Positions 39,810 to 51,235 of a DNA stretch of 64,000 nt are shown here, piece after piece (the first letter of the stretch is position 1; every line of letters starts with the position of its first letter). This DNA comes from Sphingomonas adhaesiva (GTDB taxonomy: Bacteria > Pseudomonadota > Alphaproteobacteria > Sphingomonadales > Sphingomonadaceae). The stretch lies in contig NZ_JAQIJJ010000005.1 in NCBI RefSeq assembly GCF_036946305.1, forward strand, positions 266,052-330,051. Reading direction: 5' to 3'. The position numbers were made by a program, and so were the translations under genes. A model generated the notes under the pieces. That model saw nothing but the letters and a program-made list of their open reading frames with translations. It was not told where the DNA came from and ran no database searches.

Positions 39810-40898
39810 ATGGCAACGCATTACCAGCGCGCGCTCATCGGTGACGAAGGGCTGACCCCGACCAGCAGCGAAGGGCTCACTTTCCCCTTCGGCGACCGCG
39901 CGCCGCAGCCGGGCGAGCTGTTGACGATCGCGCCGGGCATTCGCTGGTGGCGCGTGCCGATGAGCGGGCCGCTGAAGCACGTCAACGGCCTGATCCTCGA
40001 CGATGGCGCGGACGAACTGCTCGCGATCGACACCGGCACCGCCTCGCCGCGGTCGACCGAGGCGTGGCGCACGATTTTGGAGGGGCCGCTGGCGGGGAAG
40101 CGCGTGACGCGCATTCTGGGCACCCACATGCACCCCGATCATATCGGGCTGGCGGGATGGCTGTCGCGGCGGTCCGACGATGCGCCGATCCTGATGACGC
40201 GCACCGAATGGCTGATGGCGCGGATGCTGTCCGCCGATGCACGGCCGGAGGTGCCCGAGGAGCAGGTCGCCTTCTGGCGCGGTGCGGGCTGGGATGCGGA
40301 GCAGGTCGCGACCGCGTCGAAGGGCGGCTTCTCCAATTTCGCGAAGATGATCGCGCGGCTGCCGCTGGGCTATGTCCGCATCCGTGATGGCGAGGTGCTG
40401 CGCATCGGCGGTGCCGACTGGCGCGTGGTGGTGGGCAGCGGGCATTCGCCCGAGCACGCCTGCCTGCTGGACGAGGAACGCCGCATCCTGATCGCGGGCG
40501 ATCAGGTGCTGCCGCGGATCAGCTCCAACATTTCGCTCCACGCCAATGAGCCGGGTGCGGACCCGCTGGGCGACTGGCTCGCCTCGATCGAGCGGTTCCG
40601 CGAACTGCCCGACGACCTGCTGGTGCTGCCGGGCCACGGCGATCCCTTCTATGGCCTGCACGCCCGGCTCGATGCGCTGGAGCGCGAGCATCGCGACCGG
40701 CTGGACGCGCTGGTCGCGCACATGACCGAGCCGCGCCGCGCGGTCGATTGCTTCGGCCAGCTGTTCCGCCGCCCGATCGGCCCCGACGTGATCGCGATGG
40801 CGACGGGCGAGGCGCTGGCGCACCTGCGCCATCTGGAGGTCACGGGCCGCGCCCGCCGCGAGGTGCGCGACGGCATATGGTGGTATTCGCGCGCGTAA
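39810..40898 (+). CDS. MBL-fold metallo-hydrolase
   Basis: HxHxDH motif THMHPDHIG. An alternative start lies at 39774. Confidence 0.85.
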   Translation: MATHYQRALIGDEGLTPTSSEGLTFPFGDRAPQPGELLTIAPGIRWWRVPMSGPLKHVNGLILDDGADELLAIDTGTASPRSTEAWRTILEGPLAGKRVTRILGTHMHPDHIGLAGWLSRRSDDAPILMTRTEWLMARMLSADARPEVPEEQVAFWRGAGWDAEQVATASKGGFSNFAKMIARLPLGYVRIRDGEVLRIGGADWRVVVGSGHSPEHACLLDEERRILIAGDQVLPRISSNISLHANEPGADPLGDWLASIERFRELPDDLLVLPGHGDPFYGLHARLDALEREHRDRLDALVAHMTEPRRAVDCFGQLFRRPIGPDVIAMATGEALAHLRHLEVTGRARREVRDGIWWYSRA

Positions 40899-40917
40899 AG
40901 GCCCACATGGGATACGC

Positions 40918-41688
40918 ATGATGTACCCCCGCCGCCGCCAGCAGCAGATCATCCGCGTCGTCGACCTGGAAACCACCGGCTCCGCCCCGCCCGCCCATGC
41001 CGTGTGCGAGGTCGGCTGGCAGGACGTGGCACTGGGCGAGGACGGCCGCTGGGAGCTGTATGGCGAGGGCGGCAACATCCTGGTCAACCCCGGCCGCCCG
41101 ATGCCACCGATCACCCAGGCGATCCACCATATCCGCGACGAGGACGTCGCCGATGCGCCCTGGTGGCACGATATCGCGCGGCAGGTGCTGGACCCCTATC
41201 CGCGCCGCGTGGCGCTCGCGGCGCACCGCGCCGCGTTCGAGGAGCAGTTCTGCACCCCGGCGCTGACGCATGGCGCGGACTGGATCTGCACCTGGAAATG
41301 CGCGCTGCGGCTGTGGCCCGACAGCCCCAGCTTCTCCAATCAGGTGCTGCGCTACTGGCGCAAGCCCGCCGGGATGGAGCATGAGCGCGGGCTGCCCGCG
41401 CATCGCGCCTTTCCCGACGCCTATGTCACCGCGCATCACCTGCGCGACCAGCTCAACGAGGCGTCGGTGGCGCAGCTGATCCAATGGTCGAAGGAGCCGG
41501 GGCTGCTGCCACGCGTCCGCTACGGCCCCGATCGCGGCAAGGAATGGCGCGAGATCGAGGAGGAGAGCCTGGTCAAGTTCCTGACCGACCGCGACCCCGA
41601 CATCCGCTTCACCGCCGAGACCGAAATGGCGCGGCGTCGCGGCGGCGGGCACGTCGGGCGCATGAACCCGCAGGAATTGCTGCTGTAG
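40918..41688 (+). CDS. exoX: exodeoxyribonuclease X-like DEDD exonuclease
   Basis: Reads IRVVDLETTG, WICTWKCALRLWPDSPSFSNQVL and HRAFPDAYVTAHHL, with a C-terminal YGPDRGKEW region matching my recollection of E. coli ExoX. Confidence 0.8.
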   Translation: MMYPRRRQQQIIRVVDLETTGSAPPAHAVCEVGWQDVALGEDGRWELYGEGGNILVNPGRPMPPITQAIHHIRDEDVADAPWWHDIARQVLDPYPRRVALAAHRAAFEEQFCTPALTHGADWICTWKCALRLWPDSPSFSNQVLRYWRKPAGMEHERGLPAHRAFPDAYVTAHHLRDQLNEASVAQLIQWSKEPGLLPRVRYGPDRGKEWREIEEESLVKFLTDRDPDIRFTAETEMARRRGGGHVGRMNPQELLL

Positions 41689-41776
41689 TTTGAGGGTTAC
41701 AGGGTAGCCGTCGCTAACCCGCTTTACGAAAGTAACGCTGGCGCAACGGCACCCCCCACGATACGCCCCGTCCGAT

Positions 41777-43288
41777 ATGGCCGGCGATGGGCGCAACGAC
41801 GACAGTATCGGACGCAGGCTGACCGGCTTCATGGTGGTGGGCTTTCTGGCGCTGCTCGCCGTCGGCATCGCGGCATGGTGGACGACCAGTCGCGGGCAGA
41901 CCCATATCCGCTGGCTGGCACACAGCTACGAGGTGCAGAACGCGATCCTCGACGCGCGCCAGACGATCGAGCGCGGCGAGACGTCGCGCCGCGGCTACCT
42001 GCTGGCACCGGCGCAGCGCGATTTCCTCGCCATCTACCGCAACAGCGCGCATGCCGTGCCCGCGCGGCTGAAGCACCTGCGGCGGCTGGTCCGCGACAAT
42101 CCGGAGCAGAGCGCGCTCTACGCCCGCCTGCTGATGCAGATGCAGGCGCTGGCGGTGATCCGCGAACGCTCGCTCGACCTGATCGCGACCGGGCGGGTCG
42201 CGGAGGCGCGTGCCGCGTTCGACACCGAACATTCGGCGCTGCCGATGGCCATGATCCGCGACACGCTGGACCAGATGAGCGCGGCGGAGCAACGGCTGCT
42301 GGCGATCCGCGAGCGCGACGTGATCGACAGCGAGCGGATGTTCTACGCGGTGCTGGTGCTGTCGGGCGTGCTGCTGCTGATCGTCGCGATCACCTCGTTG
42401 CTGACGATCCTGGGCTATACCCGCGACCTGTCGCGATCGCGCGACGCGCTCGCCACGCTCAACGCGCATCTGGAGGAGATGGTGACCGAGCGCACCGCCG
42501 ACCTGACGCGCGCGAACGAGGAGATCCAGCGCTTCGCCTATATCGTCAGCCACGACCTGCGCTCGCCTCTGGTCAATGTGATGGGGTTCACCGCCGAACT
42601 GGAGACTGCCGCCACGCCGCTGCGCGCGCTGGTCGATCGCGTCGCCGCGGAGGCGCCCGCGCTGGCGGACGAGGCGGCGACGCTCGCCGCGCGCGAGGAC
42701 CTGCCCGAGGCGATCGGCTTCATCCGCTCCTCGACGCAGCGGATGGACCGGCTGATCAACGCGATCCTCCAGCTGTCGCGCCACGGCCGCCGCACGCTGG
42801 CGCCCGAGCGGCTCGACGTCGCGGCGATGGTCGACCAGATCGGCGAGACGCTGGCGCATCGCCTGACGGAGGCGGATGCGGTGCTGGAGGTGTCCGGACG
42901 GCTGCCGACGGTGGTCAGCGACCGCTTCTCGGTCGAGCAGATCCTGTCCAACCTCATCGAGAATGCGGTCAAGTATCTGCGCCCCGGCGTTCCCGGCCGC
43001 ATCACGGTCCGCGGCCGGCATGAAGGCGCGCGGATCATCTACGAGATCGCCGACAACGGCCGCGGCATCGCCGCCGCCGATCATGCGCGCGTGTTCGACC
43101 TGTTCCGCCGCTCCGGCGCGCAGGACCGCCCCGGCGAAGGGATCGGGCTGGCGACCGTGCGCGCACTCGTCTTCCGGCTCGGCGGGCTGATCGACCTCAC
43201 CTCCACGCTGGGCGAGGGCACCACCTTTCGCCTGTCGCTCCCCCTCGCCCTCGCCCCCCACGACAAGATTCAGGACAAGCCCCAGTGA
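41777..43288 (+). CDS. sensor histidine kinase with CHASE3 periplasmic domain
   Basis: TM-CHASE3-TM, then H-box FAYIVSHDLRSPL and an HATPase_c domain (DNGRGI, GEGIGLA). Confidence 0.9.
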   Translation: MAGDGRNDDSIGRRLTGFMVVGFLALLAVGIAAWWTTSRGQTHIRWLAHSYEVQNAILDARQTIERGETSRRGYLLAPAQRDFLAIYRNSAHAVPARLKHLRRLVRDNPEQSALYARLLMQMQALAVIRERSLDLIATGRVAEARAAFDTEHSALPMAMIRDTLDQMSAAEQRLLAIRERDVIDSERMFYAVLVLSGVLLLIVAITSLLTILGYTRDLSRSRDALATLNAHLEEMVTERTADLTRANEEIQRFAYIVSHDLRSPLVNVMGFTAELETAATPLRALVDRVAAEAPALADEAATLAAREDLPEAIGFIRSSTQRMDRLINAILQLSRHGRRTLAPERLDVAAMVDQIGETLAHRLTEADAVLEVSGRLPTVVSDRFSVEQILSNLIENAVKYLRPGVPGRITVRGRHEGARIIYEIADNGRGIAAADHARVFDLFRRSGAQDRPGEGIGLATVRALVFRLGGLIDLTSTLGEGTTFRLSLPLALAPHDKIQDKPQ

Positions 43289-43728
43289 ACACGCAGCAAT
43301 CCGTCAACATCATCATGATCGAGGATGACGAGGGCCACGCCCGGCTGATCGAGAAGAACATCCGTCGCGCCGGGATCATGAACGACATCCGTCACTTCAC
43401 CGACGGCACCAGCGCGCTCGACTATATCTTCAACGACGAAGGCGGGCCGGCGCGCAACGGCCCGGCGCTGATCCTGCTCGACCTCAACCTGCCGGACATG
43501 AGCGGCACCGACATTCTGGCGCGGATCAAGGGCGGCGACGGTGCGGTCAAGCGCACCCCCGTCGTGGTGCTGACCACCACCGACGACGCACGCGAGATCC
43601 AGCGTTGCTATGACCTGGGCGCCAACGTCTATATCACCAAGCCGGTGAACTATGAGAATTTCGCCACCGCGATCCGTCAGCTGGGGCTGTTCCTGTCGGT
43701 GATCCAGGTGCCGGACATCGAGGGATGA
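43285..43728 (+). CDS. single-domain response regulator
   Basis: Receiver domain ([28 protein letters not shown]). The GTG start overlaps the kinase stop (GTGA). Confidence 0.92.
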   Translation: MNTQQSVNIIMIEDDEGHARLIEKNIRRAGIMNDIRHFTDGTSALDYIFNDEGGPARNGPALILLDLNLPDMSGTDILARIKGGDGAVKRTPVVVLTTTDDAREIQRCYDLGANVYITKPVNYENFATAIRQLGLFLSVIQVPDIEG

Positions 43729-44780
43729 CGCCCGGCGCTGCGCCCCACGTCCTCTATATCGACGACGACGCCGGCATCCGGCGGCTGGTGACGCGCGCGC
43801 TGGAGCGGCGCGGCTATGCGGTCACCACCGCGGAGGGCGGCGAGGCGGGCGTAGCAGCGGCAGCGGCGGCGCGGTTCGATCTGGTCGCGGTCGACCATTA
43901 CATGCCCGGAATCGACGGGCTGGAGACGATGGCACGGCTGGCGCAGCTGCCGGAGCCGCCGGCGATCGTCTATGTCACCGGATCGGAGGAGAGCCGCGTC
44001 GCGGTCGCGGCGCTGCGCGCGGGCGCGGCGGATTATGTCGTGAAGACGCCGGGCGAGGATTTCTTCGACCTGCTCGACGCGACCTTCCGCCAGGTCCTGA
44101 CGCGCACCGACCTGTCGACCGCCAAGTCGCGCGCGGAGGCCGACCTGCGCGCCAGCAACGCGCGGCTGGAGGCGCTGCTGGCGGAGGTGAACCACCGCGT
44201 CGCCAACTCGCTCCAGATCGTCTCGGCGATGGTGCGGATGCAGGCGGGCGCGGTGGCCGATCCGGCGGCGCGCGCCGCGCTGGAGGATACCGAGCGCCGC
44301 ATCGCCGCGATCGCGCACGTCCATCGTCGCCTGTACAGCGGCGACGACGTCGAGCATGTCGACATGCGCGATTATCTGGCGCAGTTGATCCGCGAGCTGG
44401 CCGCCACTTGGTCGACCGCGGATCGCCCGCGCGAGCTGACGCTGGAGGCGACGCCGCTCAACCTGCCGACCGATCGCGCAGTGTCGCTGGGCGTGATCGT
44501 CACCGAACTGGTCAGCAACGCGTGCAAATATGCCTATCCCGACGGGCACGGGCAGGTGCGCATCACGCTGACGCGGGCGGACGACGACCGTTTCCGCCTG
44601 ACGGTGGAGGACGACGGCGTCGGCATCGGCGACGCGCCGCCCAAGGGGACCGGAGTCGGCACGCGCCTGATCCGTGCGATGGCGCAGAGTCTGGATACGG
44701 TAGTGGAATACGACCCCACGCATGCGGGGACGCGCGCGATCCTGTCCGCGGCGGTGCGGGGATCGGCAGCGCGGGGGTAG
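43725..44780 (+). CDS. hybrid REC + HisKA_2 (HWE-like) histidine kinase
   Basis: N-terminal receiver ([20 protein letters not shown]), an HisKA_2 H-box [13 protein letters not shown] and an HATPase domain. The ATG overlaps the upstream stop (ATGA). Confidence 0.9.
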   Translation: MTPGAAPHVLYIDDDAGIRRLVTRALERRGYAVTTAEGGEAGVAAAAAARFDLVAVDHYMPGIDGLETMARLAQLPEPPAIVYVTGSEESRVAVAALRAGAADYVVKTPGEDFFDLLDATFRQVLTRTDLSTAKSRAEADLRASNARLEALLAEVNHRVANSLQIVSAMVRMQAGAVADPAARAALEDTERRIAAIAHVHRRLYSGDDVEHVDMRDYLAQLIRELAATWSTADRPRELTLEATPLNLPTDRAVSLGVIVTELVSNACKYAYPDGHGQVRITLTRADDDRFRLTVEDDGVGIGDAPPKGTGVGTRLIRAMAQSLDTVVEYDPTHAGTRAILSAAVRGSAARG

Positions 44781-44857
44781 TGCTCCTGCGCACGCAGGAA
44801 CCCAGGGTTACACGCGTTGGCGTTCGTGGCCCTGGGCTCCTGCGTTCGCAGGAGCAC
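44780..44857. repeat. R6 nested palindrome filling a convergent intergenic spacer
   Basis: Left arm GTGCTCCTGCGCACGCAGGAACCCAGGG. The reverse complement of the right arm is GTGCTCCTGCGAACGCAGGAGCCCAGGG. Confidence 0.75.
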
Positions 44858-44862
44858 GGGAG

Positions 44863-46773
44863 CTATTCCTCCTCGCGCGCCAGCAGCCAGGCGACGATGC
44901 GATCCGCAGCCGCCTCGGCATCCTCGGCGGCGGTATCGACGCGGATCTCCGGGGTTTCCGGCGCCTCATAGGGGCTGTCGATGCCGGTGAAGTTGGCGAG
45001 CTTGCCCGAGCGTGCCTTGGCGTAGAGGCCCTTCACGTCGCGTGCCTCCGCCGCGGCCAGCGTGGTGTCGACATGGACCTCCACGAATTCGCCGCCCGCC
45101 AGCATCTGGCGCACCATGTCGCGTTCGGCGCGGAACGGGGAGATGAAGGCGGTCAGCACGATCAGCCCCGCATCGGTCATCAGCCGCGCGACCTCCCCGA
45201 TGCGGCGGATGTTCTCCACCCGGTCGGCGTCGGTGAAGCCCAGGTCGCGGTTGAGGCCGTGGCGCACATTGTCGCCGTCGAGCAGGAAGGTGTGGCGGTT
45301 CATCCGCACCAGCTTTTTCTCGACCAGATTGGCGATGGTCGACTTGCCCGCGCCCGACAGGCCAGTGAACCAGACCACCGCAGGGCGCTGATTCTTCAGG
45401 TCGGCGCGCTTCTCGCGGGTGATGTCGAGGTGCTGGCGGTGGACGTTGGCGGCGCGGCGCAGCGCGAAGCGGATCATGCCGGCGGCGACGGTGGCGTTGG
45501 TCGCCTTGTCGATCAGGATGAATCCGCCCAGCTCGCGGCTGTCGGCATAAGGCGCGAACACCAAGGGCCGGTCGAGCGCGAGCGTGACGACGCCGATCGC
45601 GTTCAACTCCAGCGTGCGCGCGGCGGTTTCCTCCAACGTGTTGACGTTGACCTGATATTTGGGCGTGCGCAGCGTCGCCGAGGCGCTCTGCGTGCCCAGT
45701 TGCAGCGCGTAGGAGCGGCCCGGCAACATCGGCTCGTCCGCCATCCAGACCAAGGTCGCTTCGAACTGGTCGGCGACCTCGGGCGGGTCGTCGGCGGCGG
45801 CGATCATGTCGCCGCGCGAGCAATCGACCTCGTCCGCCAGCGTCAGCGTGACCGACTGGCCCGCCTGCGCCTCCGCAAGGTCGCCGCCGAGCGCGACGAT
45901 GCGCGCCACATGGGTGGTGCGCCCGGAGGGGACGATGCGGACGGGATCGCCCGGCTTCACCACGCCGCTGGCGATCGTGCCCGCGAAGCCGCGGAAGTCG
46001 AGGTCGGGGCGATTGACCCATTGTACCGGCAGGCGGAAGGGACCGCGGGCGTCGCGGTCGGCGTCGACGGGGACGTTGTCGAGATGCTCGATCAGCGTCG
46101 GGCCGCGATACCAGGGCATCGCCTCCGACCGGATGTTGGCGATGTTATCGCCCGCAAGCCCGGAAACGGGGATCGCGGTGAAATTCGTGATGCCGATCTC
46201 GCTCGCAAAGGCGCGATAGGTCAGTTTGATGCGCTCGAATGTTTGCGCATCATAGCCCACAAGGTCCATCTTGTTGACGGCCAGCACGATGTTGCGGATG
46301 CCGATGAGGTGGGCGAGGTACGAATGGCGCCGCGTCTGCGTCAGCACGCCCTTGCGCGCATCGACCAGGATCACGGCGAGGTCGGCGGTCGATGCGCCGG
46401 TCACCATGTTGCGGGTATATTGTTCGTGGCCGGGGGTGTCGGCGACGATGAACTTGCGCTTCTCCGTCGCGAAGAAGCGATAGGCGACGTCGATCGTGAT
46501 CCCCTGCTCACGCTCCGCGGCGAGGCCGTCGACCAGCAGCGCGAAATCGATGTTCTGGCCCTGCGTGCCGACGCGCCTGCTGTCGACCTCGAGCGAGGCG
46601 AGCTGGTCCTCGAAGATCTGCTTCGAATCGTAGAGCAGGCGGCCGATCAGGGTGGACTTGCCGTCGTCGACCGAGCCGCAGGTGATGAAGCGCAGCAGCG
46701 ACTTCGCCTCGTGCTGCGCGAGATAGGCGGCGATGTCGTCGCGGATGAGCGCATCGGGCTGGTAGGTGGTCAT
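44863..46773 (-). CDS. cysNC: bifunctional sulfate adenylyltransferase subunit 1 / adenylylsulfate kinase
   Basis: GTPase G1 motif [15 protein letters not shown] and C-terminal APS-kinase P-loop [13 protein letters not shown] prefer the ATG at 46773; the track start at 46776 is a TTG. Confidence 0.95.
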   Translation of the reverse strand: MTTYQPDALIRDDIAAYLAQHEAKSLLRFITCGSVDDGKSTLIGRLLYDSKQIFEDQLASLEVDSRRVGTQGQNIDFALLVDGLAAEREQGITIDVAYRFFATEKRKFIVADTPGHEQYTRNMVTGASTADLAVILVDARKGVLTQTRRHSYLAHLIGIRNIVLAVNKMDLVGYDAQTFERIKLTYRAFASEIGITNFTAIPVSGLAGDNIANIRSEAMPWYRGPTLIEHLDNVPVDADRDARGPFRLPVQWVNRPDLDFRGFAGTIASGVVKPGDPVRIVPSGRTTHVARIVALGGDLAEAQAGQSVTLTLADEVDCSRGDMIAAADDPPEVADQFEATLVWMADEPMLPGRSYALQLGTQSASATLRTPKYQVNVNTLEETAARTLELNAIGVVTLALDRPLVFAPYADSRELGGFILIDKATNATVAAGMIRFALRRAANVHRQHLDITREKRADLKNQRPAVVWFTGLSGAGKSTIANLVEKKLVRMNRHTFLLDGDNVRHGLNRDLGFTDADRVENIRRIGEVARLMTDAGLIVLTAFISPFRAERDMVRQMLAGGEFVEVHVDTTLAAAEARDVKGLYAKARSGKLANFTGIDSPYEAPETPEIRVDTAAEDAEAAADRIVAWLLAREEE

Positions 46774-46776
46774 CAA

Positions 46777-46910
46777 ATCCTCCCCGGCACGGGGAGGGGG
46801 ACCAGCCGCAGGCTGGTGGAGGGGGGCTTCCGCAGGCGAAGCGCGTCGTGGCGCTCCCCCTCCACCACCGCGCTACGCGCGGCGGTCCCCCTCCCCGTCC
46901 CGGGGAGGAT
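46777..46910. repeat. 134-bp cargo-less palindromic element with the same end architecture as the DUF559 element
   Basis: Left end ATCCTCCCCGGCACGGGGAGGGGGACC-AGCCGCAGGCT-GGTGGAGGGG. The reverse complement of the right end is ATCCTCCCCGGGACGGGGAGGGGGACC-GCCGCGCGTAGCGCGGT-GGTGGAGGGGG. It fills the cysD-cysN spacer. Confidence 0.8.
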
Positions 46911-46924
46911 TGCATATGTCCCCA

Positions 46925-47817
46925 TCAAAAATACCCCTGCTGCTTCTTCTGCTCCATGCTGGCGCCGGCGTCCTTGTCGATCGCGCGGCCCTGGCGTTCG
47001 CTGGTGGTGGTCAGCAGCATCTCGCGGATCACGTCGTTGAGCGTCGCCGCGTCGCTCTCCACCGCGCCGGTCAGCGGGTAGCAGCCGAGCGTGCGGAAGC
47101 GGATCGAGCGGTCGACCGGCACCTCGCCGGGTGCCAGCCGGAAGCGATCGTCATCGACCATCAGGATCAGGCCGTCGCGCTCGACCGTGGGGCGCGGTGC
47201 CGCGAAATAGAGCGGAACGATCTCGATCCCCTCGCGCGCGATATATTGCCACACGTCCAGCTCGGTCCAGTTGCTGATCGGGAAGACGCGCATGCTCTCC
47301 CCCTTTGCGTGGCGCGCATTGTAGAGGTGCCACAGTTCGGGGCGCTGCGCCTTGGGATCCCAGCGGTGGGTCGCGGTGCGGAAGGAGAATATGCGCTCCT
47401 TGGCGCGGCTCTTCTCCTCGTCGCGGCGTGCGCCGCCGAACGCGGCGTCGAAGCCGTGGAGGTCGAGCGCCTGCTTCAGCCCCTCCGTCTTCCACAGATC
47501 GGTGTGGAGCGCGCCATGGTCGAAGGGATTGATCCCCTGCGCCAGCGCATCGGGGTTGCGGTGGACCAGCAATTCCATACTCGCATCGCGCGCGGCTTTG
47601 TCGCGCAGCTCGTACATGGCGCGGAATTTCCACGTCGTATCGACATGCAGCAGCGGAAACGGCGGCGGCGCGGGGTAGAAGGCCTTGCGCGCGAGGTGCA
47701 GCATGACGGCCGAATCCTTGCCGACCGAATAGAGCATCACCGGCTTGTCGGCGACCGCGGCGACCTCGCGAAGAATATGGATGCTCTCCGCCTCAAGCCG
47801 GTCGAGATGGGTCAGCG

Positions 47818-47821
<4 letters not shown>
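46925..47821 (-). CDS. cysD: sulfate adenylyltransferase subunit 2
   Basis: Reads [18 protein letters not shown] and [16 protein letters not shown]. Confidence 0.96.
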
Positions 47822-48633
<812 letters not shown>

Positions 48634-48729
48634 GGGAGGGGTATGTGGCGTGGCGACGGGGGTGTCGCCAGCAAGTTTGGCGTGTGGGGGGGAAAGTGGG
48701 GGTTGGTGCGGGGGGTACGGGGAGGTTGC

Positions 48730-48785
48730 TCTCGGTGAGACACCGACCCCTCACCCCGACCCTCTCCCCGGAGGGGAGAGGGAGC
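48730..48785. repeat. half copy of R3-like element
   Basis: CTCGGTGAGACACCGACCCCTCACCCCGACCCTCTCCCCGGAGGGGAGAGGGAG resembles the right half of 10790-10896. The left half is degenerate. Confidence 0.4.
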
Positions 48786-48797
48786 TTGTCCCGCTCC

Positions 48798-50153
48798 CTA
48801 CGCCGCGGCCGCCTTGCGCTCCGGGGTGAACTCCACCTCCAGCCGCTTGATCGCATGGACGAAATTGTTCGGCGCGATGTCCATGTCGCCGGACCAGCGG
48901 ATGTCGGGGAAGCGCGTGAAGATCTGGCGATAGGCTTCCTCCAGCTGCAATTGCGCGGTCATGCGACCGATGCAGATGTGCGGGCCGTGGCCGAAGGCGA
49001 TGTTCTTCTCCGCATTGGCGCGGCGGATGTCGAAGCGCTCGGGGTCGGGGAACATCGCGGGGTCGCGGTTGGCGGCGCCGTAATACATGATGACCTTCTC
49101 GCCTTGCGCGATCTTCTGGTCGTGGACCTCGACGTCGGCGGTCGCGGTGCGGCGCATGTAGATCACCGGCGATACCATGCGCGTGATCTCGTGCACCGCA
49201 TTGGTCAGCAGGCCGGCATCATCCTGCAACAGCGCCTTCTGCTCCGGATTCTCGGTGAACAGCTTCATCGCGCCGCTGAGCGAGTTGCGGGTGGTGTCGT
49301 TGCCGGCGAAGACGATCAGCAGCCACGCGCCGTCGAGATATTCGCCGGGCAGCTTCTCGCCCTCCACCTCGGCATTGGCGATCGCGCTCATCAGGTCCGC
49401 CTGCGGATCCATGCGGCGTTTCGCCAGCATGTCGCGGCCATATTCGAACATCTCGGCGACGTTCTTGTTGAACAGTTCGATGAAGGCGGCGATCTGCGGA
49501 TTGGGTTCGGACAGGCCGGCGAGCTGGTCGATCTGCTCCATCGCGATCTGCTGCGCCATCTCCAGGAAGTGGATCCAGTTGATGAAGCGCTCGCGGTCCT
49601 CGATCGGGACGCCCAGCATCTCGCAGAGCGTGAAGATCGGCAGGCGCTGCGCGAACTTTTCGACGAAGTCGCATTTGCCGAGCGGGGCCATCGTGTCGAG
49701 CAGGCGCGTCACCTCCGCGGAGACGCGGTCGCGCAGGCCGCGCATATAGGTGGCGGTGAAATAGGGCATATGCTCCTTGCGGAGCTGACGGTGCGGGCGG
49801 CCGTCGAGGTTGATCATCGAGTTGGTGGAGGCGGAGAAGAGCGTCGGGTGGCGCGTCTCCTGCGGCCCGAGCGCCATCAGGATGCCGCCGGTCTCGGACG
49901 AGAAAGTTTCGGGATCGCCGTTGACGCGCTTCACGTCCTCATAGCCGGTCAGTGCCCAGAAGCCGGTGCCGCCGCGCGGCTCCGGGTGCCACATGACGGG
50001 TGCCTGTTCGCGCATCGCGGCGAAATCGGCCCAGGGCTGGCCGCGGGTGAAGCCCTTGATATCGATGAGGTCGACGCCGGGCAGCGTCGGATAGGTCTGG
50101 CCGAACGAAGGGCCGGCGCGGCCCTCGACGATATGGTCGCTGACGAGGCGCAT
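48798..50153 (-). CDS. cytochrome P450
   Basis: Heme-binding loop FGHGPHICIG, I-helix AGNDTT and ExxR. Confidence 0.93.
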   Translation of the reverse strand: MRLVSDHIVEGRAGPSFGQTYPTLPGVDLIDIKGFTRGQPWADFAAMREQAPVMWHPEPRGGTGFWALTGYEDVKRVNGDPETFSSETGGILMALGPQETRHPTLFSASTNSMINLDGRPHRQLRKEHMPYFTATYMRGLRDRVSAEVTRLLDTMAPLGKCDFVEKFAQRLPIFTLCEMLGVPIEDRERFINWIHFLEMAQQIAMEQIDQLAGLSEPNPQIAAFIELFNKNVAEMFEYGRDMLAKRRMDPQADLMSAIANAEVEGEKLPGEYLDGAWLLIVFAGNDTTRNSLSGAMKLFTENPEQKALLQDDAGLLTNAVHEITRMVSPVIYMRRTATADVEVHDQKIAQGEKVIMYYGAANRDPAMFPDPERFDIRRANAEKNIAFGHGPHICIGRMTAQLQLEEAYRQIFTRFPDIRWSGDMDIAPNNFVHAIKRLEVEFTPERKAAAA

Positions 50154-51235
50154 CAGTGGGACTCCTGCGGCGTGACGAGAATTTTACAATGCTGGTCGGG
50201 GTCGGCGAGCGCGGCGAAGGCGCCCGCGACGCCGTCGAGCGGGACGGTGCCGGTGATCGCCGGCGCGACGTCGATCCGCGCATCGGCGATGTGGCGTAGC
50301 GTGGCGGCGAATTCGTCGGGGGTGTAGCCCAGCACGAACTTCAGTTCGATCGCCTTGTTGATGCACAGGAACGGCTCGATCGTGTCGCTCTGCATGCAGA
50401 CGCCGGCGACCAGGATCTGGGTGCCGTTGGGCACCGCCTCCACCAGCGACTGGATGACGCCGGGGACGCCGACGCATTCGAACACGATCGCGCGCTTGCC
50501 CGCCTGTCCCGACATGGCCAGCACCGAGCGTTCGGCGCGGCTGACGGGGACGCCATAGGAGGCCCAGCGCGCGTGCGGATTTTCGCGGGCCGGATCGATG
50601 ACCACGTCGGCGCCGAACGCCTCGGCGATGCGGCGGCGGGCGGGGGAAAAATCGGAGGCGATGACGGGGCCGAGCCCGCGCGCCTTGAGCGCGGCGATGA
50701 CCGCGAGGCCGACCGGGCCGCAGCCGACGACGAGGTTGACGGTATCGGGGCCGGCGTCGGATTCGGCGACGGCGTGCTCGCCGACCGCGAACGGCTCGGT
50801 CATCGCCGCCTGCGCATCCGACAGCCCGCCGGGCACCTCGATGAGCAGCGGCTCGGCAAGCAGCATCGTCTCCGCGAAGCCGCCGGGGAAACGGTTGGAA
50901 TAGCCGACCGTCTCCATGCCGCTCGCGGTCGGCATGACGGGGAGCGAGACGACGCGCGTGCCGGGCTTCAGCCGGCGGTCGGTGCCGGGGCCATGATCGA
51001 GGATCTCGGCGCAGAATTCATGGCCGAAGACGATATCGGCCGCGGGGTCGATCAGCCCCGGCTCGCCGCTGCGCTTGCCGAGTTCGACCATGGCATCCAA
51101 GCCATGGACCGCGTGCAGGTCCGACCCGCAGATGCCGCAGCACAATGTCCTGACGACCACCTGTCCGGCGGACGGCACCGGATCGGCGATCGTGTCGACC
51201 ACCAAGGCGGGGCCGCGCCGGACGACGGCCTTCAC
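50153..51235 (-). CDS. zinc-dependent alcohol dehydrogenase (MDR family)
   Basis: Contains CGICGSDLH and Rossmann motif VVGCGPVGL. The GTG start at 51235 overlaps the LLM stop (GTGA), and the stop overlaps the P450 ATG. Confidence 0.88.
   Translation of the reverse strand: MKAVVRRGPALVVDTIADPVPSAGQVVVRTLCCGICGSDLHAVHGLDAMVELGKRSGEPGLIDPAADIVFGHEFCAEILDHGPGTDRRLKPGTRVVSLPVMPTASGMETVGYSNRFPGGFAETMLLAEPLLIEVPGGLSDAQAAMTEPFAVGEHAVAESDAGPDTVNLVVGCGPVGLAVIAALKARGLGPVIASDFSPARRRIAEAFGADVVIDPARENPHARWASYGVPVSRAERSVLAMSGQAGKRAIVFECVGVPGVIQSLVEAVPNGTQILVAGVCMQSDTIEPFLCINKAIELKFVLGYTPDEFAATLRHIADARIDVAPAITGTVPLDGVAGAFAALADPDQHCKILVTPQESH

Noticed and set aside
46777-46910. cysD-cysN spacer as a riboswitch or leader peptide
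   Set aside because: The sequence is a near-perfect two-armed palindrome shared with the DUF559 element ends, with no conserved riboswitch core that I recognise and no short ORF.
44722-47040. 772-aa + strand ORF opposite cysNC
   Set aside because: It is antisense to cysNC (GTPase and APS-kinase P-loops present on the minus strand) and runs through two palindromic elements.
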